NCBI GenBank assembly: GCA_032718475.1
Contig: JAUCBJ010006736.1
Span: 1-64,000, forward strand
Direction of reading: 5' to 3'
Origin: Nemertoderma westbladi
Taxonomy: Eukaryota > Animalia > Xenacoelomorpha
Length of the DNA stretch: 64,000 bases
Shown here: piece after piece, positions 58,097 to 64,000 of the stretch
Position numbering within the stretch: the stretch's first letter is position 1
Layout: the number at the start of each line of letters is the position of its first letter
Position numbers and translations under genes: made by a program
Notes under the pieces: generated by a model
Told to the model about the DNA's origin: nothing
Seen by the model: only the letters and a program-made list of their open reading frames with translations
The model's database searches: none

Positions 58097-60498
58097 ATGG
58101 ATTTATTTAAAAAAACTTCAAGCAATACTTGGAAATTTACATTTAATAAATATACCTGTAGTATTGTTTATGGCAAGTACTTTATATTACTCTCAAGCGA
58201 TAGCAATGTAACAACGTGCTTCTCTTACCAGGATACACTCTACCTTCTAGACGTCTTAGAAATATTATTCAACCGACAAAAGGAATCACCAGTTTCAAGA
58301 GGTAATATTTATCCTAATATAGAATTTACAAGAGGAAAGTTAAATATTTCCACCTGTGTTATTACTGAAAACGTATATATTCAGAAGCAAGGTAAATGTC
58401 AAATTCTAAACAAATCACTCATTAATTTATTGCTTCAGAGTAAGACAGAAATATTAGAATTGTTATCACCACCACTCGAAATAATAAATCAGTGTTATGT
58501 TGTTAATTTAACCAACCCATCTTTTGTTGGTTTTGTAAGCAAATATAAAGGAGCGACTTATATGGGACTATGGGAGATTTCAGCTAGATATTCTGATGCT
58601 ATTGGTCTTAGGTATTATAATGGGTTTAACTTAACAGCATCGGAAGTAAATTCATTGTGGTATGAATGGAATTATGAAATTAGTAACGAAGGTGTCTTTT
58701 CAGAGCTAGATACGGACGATAAAGCTTTATCTGACCGACTTAAAGTAAAAATAAATGTACAAGAAAAAAAAGTAATTATTACAGACAAGGAAAGCAAATA
58801 TTTACAGTTACATTACGATAAAGACATACCATATATAGAGTTTCTCTACGATATGATGTTAAGGGGGGCACTCTGTAATTAAATTTTTTTTTGAAGAATT
58901 TTGGTCATTTTTTTTATTTTTTGTTCTAAGCCGATTTTTAATGGAGATTCCAAATATGCAAACGGTTTGACAGAGCGACTTTTAGTTTTCGAGATATATG
59001 GACTTTCGTACACCTTAATCTGGCACAAAAATATCCAAATTTTTCGTATTTTCACTCATAAGAAGTTTATTTTCGGTTTTCTGGTGTATCCAGTGTAATG
59101 TTGCTTAGCAACTGTATCTAAGCATCAGTGGCGGTAAATTTAAACGAGTATCTGTGAACATTAGTCCCTTTCCCTTGTACTGTCTGACTGTGAATTCGGC
59201 TCTAACGCAAATCTGTCCCTACCCACACTGCCGTACCGGTAGTGTGGGTTAATTTTTTTTGGTTAGGGTCAACATAGTTAGAACCCCAACCTAACTGTAA
59301 TCTAACCCTAACCCCAATATTACCCGTTTGCTCCCTAATCCTAGCTGGAACCGTCTGCCTAACCCTAGCTCATGGTAGCTAGAACAGTCACAGCTGTTAG
59401 GTTAGCCTAGGACAGTAGGATTCTGAAATTCTGATTACACGAATTACAATATTGCAGTAGTATATACCCAGAACGTAAATGTCAAAATCACAGGGACGGA
59501 TTTGCATTATTTGCATTATTATTGGCGATCTTTACTTAAAACCGAAAATTCCGCATGTAGCATATGGAGCACTACATGTTAAAAAAAAAAATTCGTAAAT
59601 TGAGTTATTTTAACTGAAAATATTGCAAAACTAAGATATTTTTATCAAACTAATCTGCTTTCAAACTTTAAATTGGATTTATTCCTATTTCATTTTTTTG
59701 CACTTTTTTATATTTTAAAATGCTACTACTTGTAGGGAATTGGTCAAAACTGGCTGATTTTTGGCATGCGTGGTCTTGATGAAGTGTTTTAACTATGCAA
59801 TTGACAAAATTTTGAAATTTTGATTTTAACCAAAGTTATAGTCAAAATTCGAAATTTTTTGTGACTTTTTCGAGTTTTTTAGTTATTTTTGGTGACAAAT
59901 TTCGAAAAAATTGAATAATTTTAAAAGTAAGACAGATGTTTAAATTCTGTCAATTGCATCGTTTTATAACATTTTTCCGGACATTCGAACCAAATTTTGA
60001 ACAATTTGAATCAAAATTGCGGTTCTAGAAGCCTTTTTTTAAAAATTTCAATAAATTATGTTAATTAGCAAAATTAAAATTAAAAAAAATTTTTTTTGCG
60101 ATTTTCAGTTTTTTGGATCTATATTACATAGGTTTGTCAAATATTAATATTTTTGAACATAGTCCCGCGCCAAAATTAAGAAAATAAAAACGTCATTCAA
60201 TTACAGAGTGCCCCCCTTAAAGGTTTCATCAACTGATATAGCAGACGGTTTCGTGATTCTATATCCACCAACTTGGAAGTTTAAGGTTAATAAGTAATTT
60301 CCAGAAGTAGTTTCATCCACATTTAATCCAAAGACATACATCGAAGAGACCTCAAGTGATAGAAAGCGCAGATCTACATCTCAATCATCTTCCATTCCCA
60401 ACAATGATTCTATACCTACAAAGAAAATAAAAGTTACAAAAGCAAGTGAAGAGGTAGCAGATTACAATAAGGAACATATAAAAACAGTATCAGATTGA
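58097..60498 (+). pseudogene. Orphan AT-rich ORF (~347 codons after removing the 58863-60216 insertion; one internal TAA at 60295-60297) with a PC4-like motif and a C-terminal basic NLS-like region
   Basis: Reading frame rejoins exactly across the TTAA TSD (…DMML|KVSSTDIADGFVILYPPTWKFKVNK*FPEVV…RKRR…KKIK…SD*); TATA-like CATATAAA ~70 bp upstream. Confidence 0.6.
58863..60216. mobile_element. Non-autonomous Kolobok-like DNA transposon
   Basis: 18-bp TIR GGGGGGCACTCTGTAATT / AATTACAGAGTGCCCCCC; TTAA TSD (58859-58862, 60217-60220); RR termini with a TTAA target fit Kolobok. Confidence 0.85.
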
Positions 60499-62129
60499 TT
60501 TATTATTAACTAGAGACTTTTCTTTTTCAGTTTCACACTGACTTGTAAAGGTAACTTTTTATCACAAAGCGTGATTATTATAAAGTATTTGCATGTAAAG
60601 GTGACTTTATTGAGTAAATATTGGTGATAGTTTATATTTAATGTGAGCACGGGATTAGGTATAAAACATTCGCATGTAAATGCATGAGTTTACACCACCA
60701 TAATAAAACATTTGCATGTAAAACCTACTTTATCAATGAAAATTAAAAACGCATTAGACATATCTTGGTTTAGACTTGATTTTATTATAAAGAATTCAGT
60801 TGTAAAAGCAACTTTATTTATGATATTAGTTTCCAATGTAACTGTTATTTATGATTGGTTGGTATAAGTAGAAACTTGAAATATATATATATAGATGTAA
60901 CACGTAGCGAATTCGACATAAATGGTTATGTATAACGGCGTTTTAACGATTTTGGGAAATGTAACAAGGGCGTTATCATGGATATCTGGGCGTATTGACT
61001 ACTTGTAACGATTACGCCTTAGTGGCGCTCTCAGTGTATTTTAGGTCTAAAGTCAGATGTCACACACTATTTTTTTGTTCAACCAGTGCAAAGTACCAAT
61101 GAACATAAAATTACTTAATCCACCACAAAGAAAGCTTTTTCTGTGCTAAACTGCTTCACTTATGATAAACTCGCTTGTAAATGGGTAGTTTCCATTAGAT
61201 AGAGTAAATAGTCTAAGTGGATCGCCACTGTGTTGAATTAATGCTGGTAATAATGAACTGATATGATGGTATCTTGCCAATTTATTTTTATTATGGGGCT
61301 ATGAATTATACAATATACAGTGTTCAGATTACAATCATCAGATTAAGATCATCATAAATAAACTAACTAACTAATACTTTTAGATATTATTTTTGTTTTA
61401 AATATTTTATTCTCATTTAATAAAGGAAACATTAGTTAATGCTATCACCAAAATAATGTTGAATTGTAGTAAAATGATGCGATATATGTATGTAACATAT
61501 ATGCCTTTTTATCATACACATGAAATATATATATATATAGTTGCAAATGCGTCAAAAGTTAATACAATAGCATTAATTCGCCATTATATGCAATATATAC
61601 AGCAAGAATGAATAATGTAACAAATTATGTAATTAGTACTGATGAAACACGTCTGTTGTATAAAAAATAAATATACAAGTTAAAAATACGTCCAAGAAAC
61701 CTGTGGTGCAAATTCTTGTGTGATTTATTACATATGATAATAATGACTAATTATCTAAAAATGTGGGGTTTGATCAAGAAACCGACCTACGGTTACAAAA
61801 AATAATTTTGTGTTTTTTTATTGATTCAAATACACATTTTTATGCTGAATCGAACACTGAAAACAGATTTCAAATCCGATAAAGATATTGAGTTTTGAAA
61901 ATTAGTAGTCTAATGACCAAATATTAACAAAGTTTTGAGAAAAACGGCTTTAAAGTTATGAGAGTTTCAAACGTTCCCGCCAATTTTCTGTAATTGGGGG
62001 GATTATTATGTAAACTTTTACGATATTTCAAAGCAGACTTGTCAAACATTAGGTACATACGTCAGAATTCAGATACACATCAGTGTATGGAACTTTGGCG
62101 ACAATATTTTAATTTGTATTTTTATTGGA

Positions 62130-62474
62130 GGTCACTCTGTCTGTTTGTCTGAATACTTGTCTGTTTCTCTGTCAAAAATGTAACAAATAAATAAATATAA
62201 CACCACCACCTAAATTTTTTTGCTATTGGGTTTTTATTTGCCGATGATTTAAAATACGATATCGGTTTTCACTATATATCGATTCTAGACGATTGTCTGC
62301 ATGTCAGTCAGTCTGTCTGTTTTTGGTTTGTCAGTCTGTTAAAATTTAAGAAGTGCACAAACTGTTCAAAATTTGTGTTATAAGGTTTTTCTGGGTGGTG
62401 ATAACATTTAAAATGTCACTGGGTGGTAATTACAGTTAAAATTTCACTTTTCCAGTTTAAAGAAATCTAGACTT

Positions 62475-62510
<36 letters not shown>

Positions 62511-63070
62511 CCGAAATTGAGAACTAAATCAAATTAACAAAAAAATTTATATATGGGGTTTTCTTGGTTGGTGATTTCATTTCTGATATCTATGTTTACG
62601 TTTGATTTATTATTTAATGTTTGTACGTCTGTCTGTCGGTCTGTCTTTCTGTCAAAATTGAGAAATAAATCAAATTAAGAAACATATCTATTTATGGGGT
62701 TTTCTTGGTCGGTGATTTCATTTCCGGTAGCTATTTTTTTACGTTTGATTGATTATTTAATGTTTTTACGTCTGTCTGTCTGTCGGTCTGTCTGTCCTGT
62801 TTGTCTTTTGTCTGTCAAAATTGAGAAATATATCAAATTAACAAATAATTATGGGGTTTTCTTGGTCAGTGATTTCATTTCACCCACAAGCAAAATATTT
62901 TGTTACATATCATATTTCCCTAATTTTGACAGACAAACCGACACACAGACAGACAGACAGACTGATGGACAGTCTAGAATCCGTCAGCCGTGGAAAGTAA
63001 CAATTGAAATGAAATCACTGAACAGGAAAACTCATAGCGAAAATTATCCTGTAGGACAAATACAATTATA
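62130..63070. repeat. Diverged ~160-bp repeats with (TCTG)n microsatellite cores (Helentron-associated HINE/DINE-like)
   Basis: Recurrent tctgtctgtc...caaaattgagaa...atggggttttcttggtcggtgatttcattt; an inverted GACA copy at ~62925-63040. Confidence 0.55.
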
Positions 63071-64000
63071 GTATGTTGAAAAAGTAATAGCTTATCTTAC
63101 AAAAAATTGACCACTTAAATTTATACTAATTTCAAAATAAGTGAGGTCTACAAAAAATCAAATAACTCCAAAACTAAAATAGATATGAAAATTTCGTTTA
63201 CTGTTTCATTATAAAATAATGCGAATTAAGCTATGTCTCCATTTCATGGTTTCTAAGTAAAAACTGTCTTCAACTGGTATTTCATATAAAGTTCGTCGCT
63301 AATCTGTGTTGCTGTTTACTATCTATACATAGAGAGAGAGCGACCGAAACAACTGAAACCCATCTATCATTTCATTTCTACCATCTTCATTTGACATACT
63401 TGACTTGTCATACTTGATTTGACATATCGGTACTTGACATGGTTTGTGATTTTTGGTTTGACATAATTTATTTGTCATACTCCACTTGACTTAAAGATAT
63501 ACAGTACAGGCCACCAGAAAACGCAGAATTGTACAATTGTGAACACATTTTATCAAATGTGTACCGCAGTGTAATGTAATGTTGTTGAACGGGACAATTG
63601 AACATAATTGAACATAATTGAAATGGCAACAACCAAAATTTTTTCGCCAAAGGATACAATTGAATACTTTTGAAACGCTTAGTAATCTGGAAACTCTCTG
63701 TAGTTTGCCGCTAACTGTCACTCACTGCAGCTGGAAATGCGATAAGGATTTTGTTTACCTTTATAGTGTGCGGTTAATAGTGTCTAATAGTGCCTGTAGG
63801 CAGGCCTATAGTTAGTTAGTGATGTTAAGGCATCTTCTGGTGTTTCTCTGTGCCCTCTCGGTGTCAGACTAGGCGCGACATCTCCATGCACTAAATCAAT
63901 TATTCAATGGTCTAGGCTCCTCCATCCATATACCCATCCACTCCCAAACACTCAATGAACCTCCATGTGGTCTTGTATGTAGTTCTCTCTCTACCAATAC

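Noticed and set aside
59260-59410. Interstitial telomere
   Set aside because: Only scattered CCTAAC/GGTTAG motifs inside the Kolobok-like element, not a tandem array

Overview
AT-rich, repeat-dense eukaryotic window, most likely from an invertebrate animal (inferred from the transposon families and splice signals). It holds one confidently identified host gene: an intronless HECTD3-type E3 ubiquitin ligase (41773-44253, minus strand). There is also a candidate exon (9629-9831, minus) whose exon/intron boundary is amplified into an ~8.8-kb 60-bp satellite. Mobile DNA dominates. It includes a complete, very young BEL/Pao LTR retrotransposon (24979-31475; 339-bp LTRs, ACTGG TSD, intact 1854-aa polyprotein) whose 5' end is triplicated in a 1795-bp tandem unit. 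That unit also carries an inverted copy of sequence lying just downstream of the HECTD3 stop codon. Other mobile DNA comprises RTE, RTEX-like and CR1/L2-type LINE fragments, a tRNA-derived SINE head, and non-autonomous DNA transposons defined by TIRs/TSDs (hAT-, MULE-, CACTA/EnSpm-, Sola2-, Kolobok-like and foldback elements). A Kolobok-like insertion splits an orphan AT-rich ORF of ~347 codons with a PC4-like motif. Several minisatellites generate spurious ORFs. All calls come from reading the sequence by eye; no database searches were run.
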